Of a stretch of DNA of 64,000 nucleotides, positions 19,091 to 29,400 are shown piece by piece (positions within the stretch are counted from its first letter, which is position 1; each line of letters starts with the position of its first letter). A model generated the notes under the pieces. It was not told the DNA's origin. It worked only from the letters and a program-made list of their open reading frames with translations, and ran no database searches. The stretch comes from an uncultured bacterium (GTDB lineage Bacteria; Bacillota; Clostridia; Oscillospirales; Oscillospiraceae): the NCBI GenBank assembly GCA_947176765.1, contig CAMWRX010000005.1, positions 3,771 to 67,770 of the forward strand, in the 5' to 3' direction. Position numbers and translations under genes: made by a program.

Positions 19091-21301
19091 ATGGCATTGC
19101 CCAATTTGAAGCCCCATTTTGTTATGGTGGAACGGCCCTACAAAGAGGGAACCGTAGAGGTTTTTGAACAGCCCATTGGCGCGGTTGACGTGAAAAAGGC
19201 CACGCTGACCATCACGGCCCTGGGCGTGTATGAGGCGAACATTGATGGAACCAAGGTGGGGGATATTTTCCTGGCCCCCGGCTACACATACTACCCCCGC
19301 AACCTGCATGTCCAGGTGTACGACGTGACGGATATGCTGTCCGAAACTTCTGTGCTGCGGGTGTACCTGGGCCAGGGATGGTACTGCGGCCGGTTCACCT
19401 GCGACAATAAGACGCAGATCTACGGCGACAAGCCCGCCGTGTCCTGGGTGCTGGAGGTGGAGCGCTCCAACGGCAAGACCTCTGTCTATACCTCCAGCGA
19501 CGCCAACGTTTGCGCGGTGCAAAGTCCCTATGAGCACGGCAGCGAATATGACGGGGAAATCTATTTTGCCGAAGGTGCTCCCCACCCCGACGCCGACCCG
19601 GTGATTCAGCCCGTGAAATTTGAAGGCCATATCCCCGATGTGCTGGAAGAGAGCGATATCTACGTCAAGGTTCAGGAGGGAATGCCGGTCAAGTCTGTTA
19701 CCGTTCGCGGTGACGTGACCATTCTGGACTTTGGACAAAATTTTGCCGGAATCATCGAGATTGACCCCACAAAAATGGACGGCGCTGCCCTCAAGCTGCG
19801 CCACGGCGAGATTTTGAACGCCGATGGCAGCCTGTACACCACCAACCTGCGACAGGCCAAGGCGGAGCTGGTCTACCACAAGGGGACAGAGACCGCAAAA
19901 TACCGCCCCCGGTTCACCTTTATGGGCTTCCGCTACGCGGAGCTGTCCGGCGTGCCCTATGTGGACGGCCTGCTCACCGCCTACGCTGTCCACAGCGAGA
20001 TGGAGCGCACGGGGTACTTCACCTGCGCTAACCGCCAGGTGGAGCAGCTGTTCAACAACCAGGTCTGGGGCCAGCGCTCCAATTATGTAGAGGTGCCCAC
20101 CGACTGCCCCCAACGGGACGAGCGGCAGGGCTATACCGGCGACGGCCACGTGTTTGCCCGCACCGGTGCGTATAACTACGACACCGAGCGGTTCTGGGCC
20201 AAGTTCCTGAAGGATATTCGCTACTCCCAGATGGACAACAGCGAGGGCTATGTGGCCCCCACCATCCCGGCCCTGGGCCCGGCGGGCATCGGCTTCATGT
20301 CCATGTTGGGCTGGGGGAACTGCGTATGCATCGTGCCGGAGCTGCTCTACTGGCAGTATGGCAGCGACGCCGCCCTGCGCACTCAGTACCAGAGCATGAA
20401 AACCTGGGTGGAGTGCGAGATCCGCCACATGGCGGATAAGAACCTTTGGCTTGGCGTCAGCCTGGGGGACTGGCTGGCGCTGGGGAAGGACGTGGCCTAT
20501 ATGGCCATGCACAACGGGCCGGTGAGCAACGCGTTTGTCATTAACGACCTGCGCATCATGACCTGGGCAGCCCAGTATATGGGCGAACCGGAGGACGCGG
20601 CCCGTTACTCCGCACAGCTGGAAAAGAGCCGCGCCGCCTATCTCACCGCCTTTGTCAATGACGACGGCACCATGAAGGACGACTACCACGGGGCCTACGT
20701 GATGGCGCTGCAATTTGCCATTCCTCATGGAGAACTGTGGGACAAGGTGTTTGCCACGTTGGTTCAGAAAATTAAGGATGAAGGGATGCAGACCGGCTTC
20801 TTTGCCACCCAGCACCTGCTGCCCCTGTTGGCTGACCATGGGCAGGCCGAACTGGCCTACGACCTGCTGCTCCAGCCCAACTGCCCCGGCTGGATGTACC
20901 AGGTAGAGCGGGGGGCCACCACCACCTGGGAGCGGTGGGATGCCCTGCGGCCCGATGGCACAGTGAATGAGAGCTCCACCTCCGGTGGGGATGACAACAT
21001 GGTGTCCTTCAACCACTACGCCTTTGGCAGCGTGGGGGAGTTTTACTACCGCTATATTCTGGGCACCCAGCCGATGGAACCCGGGTTTGCCAAGGCTCGT
21101 ATCCAGCCCTTTATGGATCAGCGGCTGGGTTCGGTTTCCGGCAGCTACCGCAGCCGCCACGGCGAGATCAAGGTCGCCTGGGACGCGGAAAGCGGCGAGG
21201 TTTCCATCACTACGCCGGTAGCCGCTGAGCTGCTTCTGCCGAACAGAGCGACGGAAGTGATTGGCCCAGGCAGTTACACCATCCACTGTGATATTTTTTA
21301 G
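19091..21301 (+). CDS. GH78 alpha-L-rhamnosidase
   Basis: LDFGQNFAG, VPTDCPQRDERQGYTGD, TTWERW, SFNHYAFG. Confidence 0.92.
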   Translation: MALPNLKPHFVMVERPYKEGTVEVFEQPIGAVDVKKATLTITALGVYEANIDGTKVGDIFLAPGYTYYPRNLHVQVYDVTDMLSETSVLRVYLGQGWYCGRFTCDNKTQIYGDKPAVSWVLEVERSNGKTSVYTSSDANVCAVQSPYEHGSEYDGEIYFAEGAPHPDADPVIQPVKFEGHIPDVLEESDIYVKVQEGMPVKSVTVRGDVTILDFGQNFAGIIEIDPTKMDGAALKLRHGEILNADGSLYTTNLRQAKAELVYHKGTETAKYRPRFTFMGFRYAELSGVPYVDGLLTAYAVHSEMERTGYFTCANRQVEQLFNNQVWGQRSNYVEVPTDCPQRDERQGYTGDGHVFARTGAYNYDTERFWAKFLKDIRYSQMDNSEGYVAPTIPALGPAGIGFMSMLGWGNCVCIVPELLYWQYGSDAALRTQYQSMKTWVECEIRHMADKNLWLGVSLGDWLALGKDVAYMAMHNGPVSNAFVINDLRIMTWAAQYMGEPEDAARYSAQLEKSRAAYLTAFVNDDGTMKDDYHGAYVMALQFAIPHGELWDKVFATLVQKIKDEGMQTGFFATQHLLPLLADHGQAELAYDLLLQPNCPGWMYQVERGATTTWERWDALRPDGTVNESSTSGGDDNMVSFNHYAFGSVGEFYYRYILGTQPMEPGFAKARIQPFMDQRLGSVSGSYRSRHGEIKVAWDAESGEVSITTPVAAELLLPNRATEVIGPGSYTIHCDIF

Positions 21302-21911
21302 TGCAGATCAAGTTTTCCATAAGGTACCACAGGTAGGCAGAAATACAGGAAAAAGTAACTACAACATGGTCCCCGCTTCCGAGGTAAAAGTATTTGTTGG
21401 CAGCTCTAAACCTCTATTGGAAAAACAACAACAATTTAACCAGATAGAACTCCTGACAGATCAAAGCCCGGATAAAACAGTTGAAGCAGTTTTAACTCTT
21501 AACGATTACTATACTGTTGAGTCAATCGGCAGTCTAATTAATAGCTTTGGCATTACCATAAATCGTGTCTATATGTGGCTAGAAGGCGAGACTGGACGGT
21601 TATCACTTTATGTAGAAGACAATGATATAAAATGTAGCATTGAAAATTATATCCAGCAAGTCGAGAGCAACGGTTCTTATAATGACCCAGCATTTGCAGC
21701 TGACTATATTCGCTTCTTGAATGGTGAGTACAAAGTGTTTGCCTTGACGGTTACCACAACGGCAAAAACTTTGGCGGATCTCAGCACAGAAACCAACATG
21801 GTCAGTGGCATAGATGTAAAATATAATGCCGATGCAGAGGCATATGCGGCAGAGCAGGGAAGCCAAGTAATCTATATTGAACTCCCAGCTAAGCCAGACG
21901 GGGCGCAATAA
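21302..21911 (+). CDS. Hypothetical protein, probably 5'-truncated (AT-rich)
   Basis: Open frame with protein-like composition; no convincing RBS/start; frame runs back into the GH78 3' end. Confidence 0.45.
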
Positions 21912-21974
21912 CTTACATTTGATGAGGAAAAATTCAAAAAATAGCTGTTATTTTTTGGAAGAGGTGAAATTAGT

Positions 21975-22280
21975 ATGGGATTATTATATGGCTATTTGGC
22001 TGCGGCTAGCATTTTTGGTGGATTGATTCTGCTACTTACTAAGCGGCGCTATATGTTTGCCATTCCCCTTGGGATCTTGGACATGGCCTTTGTGGTGCTG
22101 TCAGTCAAAGGGTTTAAAGAAATGATGGTTGCAAGCGGGAAAATTCTTTCGCCAGACTGGTTTGGACTTGGATACGAAAAACCTATTGCAATCACCTATA
22201 TTTTGATGTTTGCATTCGGCGTCGCAATCGTGATGGCTGGTGTTGTCCTCCTAATAATACGGAATAATAAAAATGGTTGA
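21975..22280 (+). CDS. Small membrane protein (about 3 TM)
   Basis: GAGGTG RBS, hydrophobic segments. Confidence 0.65.
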   Translation: MGLLYGYLAAASIFGGLILLLTKRRYMFAIPLGILDMAFVVLSVKGFKEMMVASGKILSPDWFGLGYEKPIAITYILMFAFGVAIVMAGVVLLIIRNNKNG

Positions 22281-22410
22281 ATTTTGCAAACTGTTTTGAT
22301 TGATTAGATGTTTGCACAAAAGTCAGTCCAATAAAAGTGTTTAGTATTCCGCTGGACGGCATTCGCGCCTAATAAAGTTAACATAAAATTGTGTTTCCCT
22401 ACTATAGCAA

Positions 22411-22458
22411 AAGGGCAGCAACGGCAAAGGAATCACTATTTCCTGCCGTTGCTGCCTT
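22411..22458. terminator. Imperfect hairpin at the end of the tnpV remnant
   Basis: GGCAGCAACGGCA / TGCCGTTGCTGCC. Confidence 0.55.
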
Positions 22459-22467
22459 ATTAACAGT

Positions 22468-22722
22468 CTACAGGATTACACCAAATAAAACAGGCCATGC
22501 CATCTGGTCAGCAGCTTTCAGCGTCTCGGTGACACCTTGGGCTTGGGCTATCTGCTGGATGATGGTGTCTGATCGTTTTTGCGCCTGCCGGTCAATGTCA
22601 GCCAGATAGCTGGGTAACACTCCGCTCAACAGCAAAGCATTATAAAGAGCCGGACGGTAGTTTTCGAGGTATCTCTTGTGCCGTTGACTCCATACGCCAA
22701 TGGGTTGGAATCTGAATATCAA
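22468..22722 (-). pseudogene. tnpV: TnpV (transposon-encoded protein) fragment, truncated at both ends
   Basis: IGVWSQRHKRYLENYRPALYNALLLSG..YLADIDRQAQ...AQAQGVTETLKAADQMAW matches the TnpV core; usual N-terminus and VG.MN.IR tail missing. Confidence 0.8.
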
Positions 22723-22861
22723 TGAAGTGGTTAAATCCCAGTTTGCTGAGGAAATCTATAAATTATACCAGGAACATGGGTTCTTGAATATTTACCGATC
22801 TTGAGTTTTAGATACATTGGGAACACGAAATCAAATTGGAAGTTGAGAAAAGGAGACTGCT

Positions 22862-24349
22862 ATGCTTTACATTGGCATTGATTTAGGCACCTCAGCCTGC
22901 AAGTTGCTGCTGGTGGACGGGAGCGGTAATGTACTGAACGAGGTAACAAAGGAGTACCCCCTGTCCCTCCCTCGCCCCGGCTGGTCGGAGCAGAACCCGG
23001 AGGATTGGTGGCGGGCGGTGACGGACGGTGTGCCCGAACTGCTGGCGGGCTTCGACACAGCACAAGTTGCGGGCATCGGCGCGGGCGGACAGATGCACGG
23101 GTTGGTGGTGCTGGATGAGCACGATGAAGTCATCCGTCCCGTTATCCTGTGGAACGACGGGCGGACAGCCAAAGAGGTGAGCTATCTTAACAACGAGATC
23201 GGCCGGGAAAACCTGAGCCAGTACACCGCCAACATCGCCTTTGCGGGTTTCACCGCCCCCAAACTGCTGTGGATGCGGGAAAATGAGCCGGATCACTTTG
23301 CGAAAATCCGCAAAATCATGCTTCCCAAGGATTACATCAATTACAAGCTCACCGGCATTCACTGCACCGACTACTCTGACGCTTCCGGGATGCTCCTGCT
23401 GGACGTCCAAAACAAACGGTGGAGCCGCGAAATGTGCGATATTTGTGGAATCGCCGAGGAGCAGCTCCCCAAGCTGTACGAGAGTTGGGAGACGGTGGGC
23501 ACACTGAAAGCCGATGTGGCGGAAACGCTGGGCCTACCCGAGACGGTGAAGGTGTGCGCTGGGGCGGGCGACAATGCCGCTGCCGCAGTGGGCACGGGGA
23601 TCGTAGGAGCCGGCGGCTGCAACATCAGCCTGGGCACCTCTGGCACCATTTTCATCAGCTCGGACAAGTTCGGCGTAGACCCCAACAACGCCCTTCACGC
23701 TTTTGCCCACGCGGACGGCGGCTGGCACCTGATGGGCTGTATGCTGTCCGCCGCCTCCTGCAACAAGTGGTGGTGCGAGGATATCCTGGGCACCAGCGAC
23801 TACCCTACGGAGCAGAAGCCCATCGATGAGGAAAAACTGGGCCGAAACCGGGTGTTCTTTCTGCCCTACCTCATGGGCGAGCGTTCCCCCATCAACGATA
23901 CCGACGCCCGGGGCACCTTCGTGGGCATGAGCATGGACACCACCCGGGCCGACTTCACCCAGGCCGTCTTAGAGGGGGTGGCCTTTGCCATCCGGGACAG
24001 CTTCGAGGTGGCAAAGGTCCTGGGTGTGAATATCCCCCGGAGCATGATCTGCGGCGGCGGGGCCAAGTCCCCCCTGTGGCGGACAATTTTGGCCAACGTG
24101 CTGGGCATCCCCTTGGACTTGCCCCAAACTGAACAGGGCCCCGGTTACGGCGGCGCAGTACTGGCTATGGTGGGCTGCGGGGCCTTTGAGAGCGTCCAAT
24201 CCGCCTGCGACGCGCTGGTGCGAGTGGCGGGCACTGTGGAGCCGAACCCCGAACTCACTGGTCGGTATGAGGAGTGCTACCGCAAATTCAAACAAATCTA
24301 TCCCTGCATGAAACCGCTGTTTCACAACTTGAAAGAGGAGGACACATGA
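22862..24349 (+). CDS. xylB: Xylulokinase (FGGY family)
   Basis: YIGIDLGTS, GQMHG, ILWNDGRT, FTAPKLLW, GAGDNAAAAVG, FLPYLMGERSP. Confidence 0.92.
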   Translation: MLYIGIDLGTSACKLLLVDGSGNVLNEVTKEYPLSLPRPGWSEQNPEDWWRAVTDGVPELLAGFDTAQVAGIGAGGQMHGLVVLDEHDEVIRPVILWNDGRTAKEVSYLNNEIGRENLSQYTANIAFAGFTAPKLLWMRENEPDHFAKIRKIMLPKDYINYKLTGIHCTDYSDASGMLLLDVQNKRWSREMCDICGIAEEQLPKLYESWETVGTLKADVAETLGLPETVKVCAGAGDNAAAAVGTGIVGAGGCNISLGTSGTIFISSDKFGVDPNNALHAFAHADGGWHLMGCMLSAASCNKWWCEDILGTSDYPTEQKPIDEEKLGRNRVFFLPYLMGERSPINDTDARGTFVGMSMDTTRADFTQAVLEGVAFAIRDSFEVAKVLGVNIPRSMICGGGAKSPLWRTILANVLGIPLDLPQTEQGPGYGGAVLAMVGCGAFESVQSACDALVRVAGTVEPNPELTGRYEECYRKFKQIYPCMKPLFHNLKEEDT

Positions 24350-25821
24350 TGAAAAACATTCCTGACGTAAAGCTGGGCCTGATTGCGGTGAGCCGCGACT
24401 GCTTCCCCATCGTCCTGTCTGAAAAGCGCCGCGCCGCGGTCAAAGCCGCCTATACGGGTGACCTCTACGAGTGCCCCGTTACAGTGGAAAACGAACTGGA
24501 TATGCTCAAGGCCGTGGCCGATGTGAAGGCCGCTGAGTGTAATGCCCTGGTGGTATTCCTGGGCAACTTTGGCCCGGAGACACCGGAAACCCTCATTGCC
24601 AAAAACTTTGACGGCCCCTGTATGTTCGTGGCCGCCGCCGAGGGGGACGGCGACCTCATCAATGGCCGAGGCGACGCCTATTGCGGGATGCTCAACTGCT
24701 CCTACAATCTGGGTATGCGACATTTAAAGGGCTACATTCCTGAGTACCCCGTGGGCACGGCGCAAGATATTGCCCAGATGATTGCCGAGTTTGTTCCCAT
24801 TGCCCGGGCAGTAATCGGCGTGAAAAATCTGAAGATTATTACCTTCGGCCCCAGGCCCCAGGACTTCTTCGCTTGCAATGCCCCCATCAAGGGCTTGTGC
24901 GAACTGGGTGTGGAGGTAGAGGAGAACTCCGAGTTGGACCTGCTGGTCAGCTACAAAGAACATGCCAATGATCCCCGCATCCCTGCTGTCTGCGCCGAAA
25001 TGGCAGAGGAAATGGGCGAGGGCCGCTACTACCCCGACTTAGACGAGCGGATGGCACAGTTTGAACTGACCCTGCTGGACTGGGCAGAGAACCACAAAGG
25101 CTCCCGGCAGTACGTGGCCTTCGCCGACAAGTGCTGGCCCGCCTTCCCCAGCCAGTTCGGCTTCGAGCCTTGCTATGTGAACTCCCGCTTGGCCGCCCGG
25201 GGCATCCCTGTGGCCTGCGAGGTGGACATCTATGGCGCACTGTCTGAGTACATCGGTGCCTGCGTGTCCGGCGATGCGGTGACCCTGCTGGATATCAACA
25301 ACTCCGTCCCCGCCCGGATGTGGGAGGAGCAGATCAAGGGCAAGTACGACTATGCCCTCACCGACACCTTTATGGGCTTCCACTGTGGCAACACCCCTGC
25401 CTGCAAGCTGTGCGCTGACCGCGCCGTCAAATATCAGCTCATCCAGAACCGCCTGCTGGAGAATGGCAGCGAACCCGACTTCACCCGGGGCACACTGGAG
25501 GGCGATATTGCACCCGGTGACATCACCTTCTACCGTCTCCAGTGCGACAGTGATGGGAACCTGCGCTCCTACATCGCCCAGGGCGAGGTGCTGCCCGTGG
25601 CAACGGGCAGCTTCGGCGGCATCGGCGTGTTTGCCATCCACGAGATGGGCCGCTTCTACCGCCACATCCTCATCCAGAAGCGCTATCCCCACCACGGGGC
25701 GGTGGCTTTCGGCCATTACGGCAAGGCGCTGTTCGAGGTGTTCAAGTTCCTGGGGGTGCAGGATATTGCCTATAACCAACCAAAGGGCCTGCCCTATCCA
25801 ACGGAGAATCCCTGGGGTTGA
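24346..25821 (+). CDS. FucI-like sugar isomerase, probably the clostridial xylose isomerase XylA-II type
   Basis: KLGLIAVSRDCFP, GDAYCGMLN, ACEVDIYG, FHCGN, YPHHGAVAFGH; ATGA-coupled to xylB, matching my recollection of the C. acetobutylicum xylA-II/xylB arrangement. Confidence 0.8.
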   Translation: MMKNIPDVKLGLIAVSRDCFPIVLSEKRRAAVKAAYTGDLYECPVTVENELDMLKAVADVKAAECNALVVFLGNFGPETPETLIAKNFDGPCMFVAAAEGDGDLINGRGDAYCGMLNCSYNLGMRHLKGYIPEYPVGTAQDIAQMIAEFVPIARAVIGVKNLKIITFGPRPQDFFACNAPIKGLCELGVEVEENSELDLLVSYKEHANDPRIPAVCAEMAEEMGEGRYYPDLDERMAQFELTLLDWAENHKGSRQYVAFADKCWPAFPSQFGFEPCYVNSRLAARGIPVACEVDIYGALSEYIGACVSGDAVTLLDINNSVPARMWEEQIKGKYDYALTDTFMGFHCGNTPACKLCADRAVKYQLIQNRLLENGSEPDFTRGTLEGDIAPGDITFYRLQCDSDGNLRSYIAQGEVLPVATGSFGGIGVFAIHEMGRFYRHILIQKRYPHHGAVAFGHYGKALFEVFKFLGVQDIAYNQPKGLPYPTENPWG

Positions 25822-25934
25822 TATATGATAGCTTAAAGGGCGCAAAGGGTGCTATGTCCCCAACGGACTGAAGGTCGAGACGGACTGGTATGTGACGTTT
25901 GCTGCCCCAATATTTTGCAATGGAGGAAAGATGT

Positions 25935-27017
25935 ATGAAAATGACATGGCGCTGGTACGGCGAGGGCAACGATCAGATCAAGCTGTCCGACATCAAGCAG
26001 ATCCCCGGCGTGGAGGGCATTGTTTGGGCGTTGCACAACAAAATGCCCGGCGAGGTCTGGGAGCTGGACGAGATCGCCGAGGTTCAGCAGCAGCTCAAAC
26101 CCTACGGCTTTAACATGGACGTGGTGGAGAGCGTCAATGTCCACGACGACATCAAGATCGGCCTGCCCACCCGGGACGCGCTGATTGAAAACTACAAGCA
26201 GACCATAAAAAACCTGGCCAGATTTGACGTGAAGGTAATCTGCTATAATTTCATGCCGGTGTTCGACTGGACCCGTACCGACCTGTTCCACCCCGTGGGG
26301 GACGGCTCCACGGCGCTGTACTATGAGGTCAGCAAGATTCACGAGGATCCCAAGGAGATGGCGGACTACGTCATGTCCTTCACCGAGAAGTACAATATGA
26401 CCTTCCCCGGCTGGGAGCCGGAGCGGATGGCCAAGCTGGACGAGCTGTTTGAGAAGTACAAGCCCGTCACCAAGGAGAAGCTGTGGGACAACCTGAAGTA
26501 CTTTCTGGAGGCCATCATGCCCACCTGCCGGGAGTGCGATATCAAGATGGCCATCCACATGGATGACCCTCCCTGGGACATCTTCGGCCTGCCCCGCCTG
26601 CTGGTGGACGGCCCCTCCATCGACCGCTTCCTGTCCATGGTGGACGACCCCTACAACTGCCTGACCCTGTGCTCCGGCAGCCTGAACGCCAACCCGGACA
26701 ACAACGTGGCGGACATCGTGCGCAAGCACTGCGACAGGATTGCGTTCGCCCACATCCGCAACGTGAAGCATTTCGACAACGGCGACTTCTCCGAGGCCAG
26801 CCACCGGGACTGCGACGGCGACACCGGCATCCTGGATATTCTCAAGGCATACCACGACTGCGGCTTTGATGGCTACATCCGTCCTGACCACGGCCGGCAC
26901 CTGTGGAACGAGGTGCCCGGCAAGGTGCGCCCCGGCTATGGCCTGTATGACCGCGCCCTGGGTATCATGTATATGCTGGGCGTTTGGGATATGCTTGATA
27001 AGCTGGATAACAAATAA
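25935..27017 (+). CDS. uxuA: Mannonate dehydratase
   Basis: MKMTWRWYG, CYNFMPVFDWTRT, IRPDHG, RPGYGLYDRALG. Confidence 0.95.
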   Translation: MKMTWRWYGEGNDQIKLSDIKQIPGVEGIVWALHNKMPGEVWELDEIAEVQQQLKPYGFNMDVVESVNVHDDIKIGLPTRDALIENYKQTIKNLARFDVKVICYNFMPVFDWTRTDLFHPVGDGSTALYYEVSKIHEDPKEMADYVMSFTEKYNMTFPGWEPERMAKLDELFEKYKPVTKEKLWDNLKYFLEAIMPTCRECDIKMAIHMDDPPWDIFGLPRLLVDGPSIDRFLSMVDDPYNCLTLCSGSLNANPDNNVADIVRKHCDRIAFAHIRNVKHFDNGDFSEASHRDCDGDTGILDILKAYHDCGFDGYIRPDHGRHLWNEVPGKVRPGYGLYDRALGIMYMLGVWDMLDKLDNK

Positions 27018-27035
27018 TTGATAGGAGGACATAAA

Positions 27036-27881
27036 ATGATTGATCTGCCTTTGAACGTTGATTTTACCGGCAAAGTAGTGGTTGTTACCGGCGCGGGCGG
27101 CGTGCTGTGCGGCACCATGGCCAAGGCTTTTGCTCAGGCGGGTGCCAAAGTCGCGGCTCTGGATCTGAACGAAGAGGCCGTCAAGGCCCTGGCCGACGAG
27201 TGCAAGGCCGAGGGCTTCATCTGCGAGGGCTACAAGGCCAACGTGCTGGAACCGGAAACCCTGGAAGCCGTCCATCAGCAGGTGCTCAAAGACCTGGGCC
27301 CCTGCGACATTCTGGTCAACGGCGCGGGCGGCAACAATCCCCGTGCCACCACCGACAACGAGTACCAGCACGAATGGTCTGAGGGCAAGAAGGGCTTCTT
27401 CGACCTGGACGCCGGCGGCGTGGACTTCGTGTTCAAGCTGAACTTCCAGGGCACCCTGCTGCCCACCCAGACCTTTGCCAAAGACATGGTGGAGCGCAAA
27501 AGCGGCTGCATCCTGAACATCTCCTCCATGAACGCCTATATCCCGCTGACCAAGATTCCCGCCTACTCCGGCGCGAAAGCCGCCATCAGCAACTTCACCC
27601 AGTGGCTGGCCACTCACTTTGCCAAGTCCGGCATCCGCTGCAACGCCATTGCCCCGGGCTTCCTGGTGTCCAACCAGAACCGCGCTCTGCTGTTCAACCC
27701 GGACGGAACCCCCACGGCACGCTCCGCCAAGATCCTGAACGGCACCCCCATGGGCCGCTACGTGGACAGCGAGGAGCTGCTGGGCGCCGTGTTCTTCCTG
27801 TGCGACGACAAGGCCGCCTCCGCTATCACCGGCGTGGTGCTGCCCATCGACGCGGGCTTTGCCGCTTACTCTGGTGTGTAA
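27036..27881 (+). CDS. uxuB: D-mannonate oxidoreductase / fructuronate reductase (SDR type)
   Basis: TGAGGVLC, NGAGGN, YSGAK; located between uxuA and uxaC. Confidence 0.85.
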   Translation: MIDLPLNVDFTGKVVVVTGAGGVLCGTMAKAFAQAGAKVAALDLNEEAVKALADECKAEGFICEGYKANVLEPETLEAVHQQVLKDLGPCDILVNGAGGNNPRATTDNEYQHEWSEGKKGFFDLDAGGVDFVFKLNFQGTLLPTQTFAKDMVERKSGCILNISSMNAYIPLTKIPAYSGAKAAISNFTQWLATHFAKSGIRCNAIAPGFLVSNQNRALLFNPDGTPTARSAKILNGTPMGRYVDSEELLGAVFFLCDDKAASAITGVVLPIDAGFAAYSGV

Positions 27882-27885
27882 AGGC

Positions 27886-29310
27886 ATGAAAAACTTCATG
27901 GATCAGGACTTCCTTTTGAAGTCCGAGACAGCGAAAACCCTGTACCATGACCACGCAGAGAAAATGCCCATCATTGACTACCACTGCCACATTAACCCCG
28001 CCGAGATCTACGAGGACAAGCGGTACGACACCATCACCGAGGTCTGGCTGGGGGGCGACCACTACAAGTGGCGGGCCATGCGCTCCTGCGGCGTTCCTGA
28101 GAAATACATCACCGGCAACGCCACCCCGGCGGAGAAGTTCCAGAAGTGGGCCGAGACCATCCCAAGCCTCATCGGCAACCCGCTGTATCACTGGACCCAC
28201 CTGGAGCTCCAGCGCTATTTCGGCATCACCGAGCCCCTCAACGGCGGCAATGCCATGGAAATTTTTGAGAAGTGCAACACCATCCTGGCCCAGCCGGATA
28301 TGTCCGCCCGGGGCATCATCCGCAAGTCCAACGTGAAGCTGATCTGCACCACCGACGACCCCGCCGACGACCTGAAGTATCACGAGCTCCTCGCCGCCGA
28401 TCCCGACGCCCCCGCGGTGGTGCTGCCCGCCTTCCGGCCCGACAAGGCCATGCGGGCGGATAAGCCGGACTTCCCCCAGTATGTGGCCCATTTTGAAAAG
28501 GTGGTGGGCTGGCCCATCAATACGGTGGACGATATGCGCCGCGCTCTGGCTGACCGGATCGAGTATTTTGACAATCACCGCTGCCGCGTCTCTGACCACG
28601 GGCTGGACTGCGCCTTCTGCGTGGAAGCCGACGAAGACACGCTGAATGATATCTTCACCCGCGCCAAGGCGGGCAAGGGCCTCACCTGGGACGAGCAGCT
28701 TGCCTACCACACCGCGCTGCTGATCGCCGTGGGCAAGGAGTACGCCAAGCGCGACTGGGTGAACCAGCTCCACTTCGGTTGCATCCGGGACAACTCCAGC
28801 ACCATGTTTAAGAAGCTGGGACCGGACACTGGCTACGACGCCGTCAACGACGTGCCCAACGCCGTGGGCCTGGCCCGGATGCTGGACGCGCTGGAAAGCG
28901 CCGGGGCGCTGGGCAAGACCATCCTGTACTCCCTGAACCCCTCGGACAACGCCGCCATCGGCACCATCATGGGCGCGTTCCAGACCAACAGCCCCATCCC
29001 CGGCAAGATCCAGCAGGGCTCCGCCTGGTGGTTCAACGACCACAAGCCCGGCATGGAGGCCCAGATGACCAGCCTCATGTCCCTGGGCGCCATGGGCACC
29101 TTCAACGGGATGCTCACCGACTCCCGTAGCTTCCTGAGCTACACCCGCCACGAGTATTTCCGCCGCATCCTGTGCAACCTGTTTGGCCAGGTGGTGGAGG
29201 ACGGGGAGTACCCCGCCGATCTGAAGCACCTGGGCCAGATGGTGGAGAACATCAGCTACTACAACACCCTGCGTTATTTCCGGTTCGACGAAATTCTCAA
29301 GAATTCCTGA
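27886..29310 (+). CDS. uxaC: Uronate isomerase
   Basis: PIIDYHCH, GDHYKWRAMR, WWFND, GMLTDSRSFLSYTRHEYFRRILC. Confidence 0.96.
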   Translation: MKNFMDQDFLLKSETAKTLYHDHAEKMPIIDYHCHINPAEIYEDKRYDTITEVWLGGDHYKWRAMRSCGVPEKYITGNATPAEKFQKWAETIPSLIGNPLYHWTHLELQRYFGITEPLNGGNAMEIFEKCNTILAQPDMSARGIIRKSNVKLICTTDDPADDLKYHELLAADPDAPAVVLPAFRPDKAMRADKPDFPQYVAHFEKVVGWPINTVDDMRRALADRIEYFDNHRCRVSDHGLDCAFCVEADEDTLNDIFTRAKAGKGLTWDEQLAYHTALLIAVGKEYAKRDWVNQLHFGCIRDNSSTMFKKLGPDTGYDAVNDVPNAVGLARMLDALESAGALGKTILYSLNPSDNAAIGTIMGAFQTNSPIPGKIQQGSAWWFNDHKPGMEAQMTSLMSLGAMGTFNGMLTDSRSFLSYTRHEYFRRILCNLFGQVVEDGEYPADLKHLGQMVENISYYNTLRYFRFDEILKNS

Positions 29311-29315
29311 ATCAG

Positions 29316-29346
29316 GGCTTTTCCCCGCCTTCGGCGGGGAAAAGCC
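29316..29346 (+). terminator. Hairpin between uxaC and eda (terminator or mRNA stabiliser)
   Basis: GGCTTTTCCCCGC / GCGGGGAAAAGCC inverted repeat. Confidence 0.6.
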
Positions 29347-29400
29347 GGGTAAATCACTTGTTTGACGAAATTTTGAAATAAGAGGAGAGGAAGATCAATC

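Noticed and set aside
24346-25821. FucI-like isomerase next to xylB as a novel xylose isomerase
   Set aside because: Matches, from memory, the already described clostridial XylA-II arrangement, so it is kept as a feature only.
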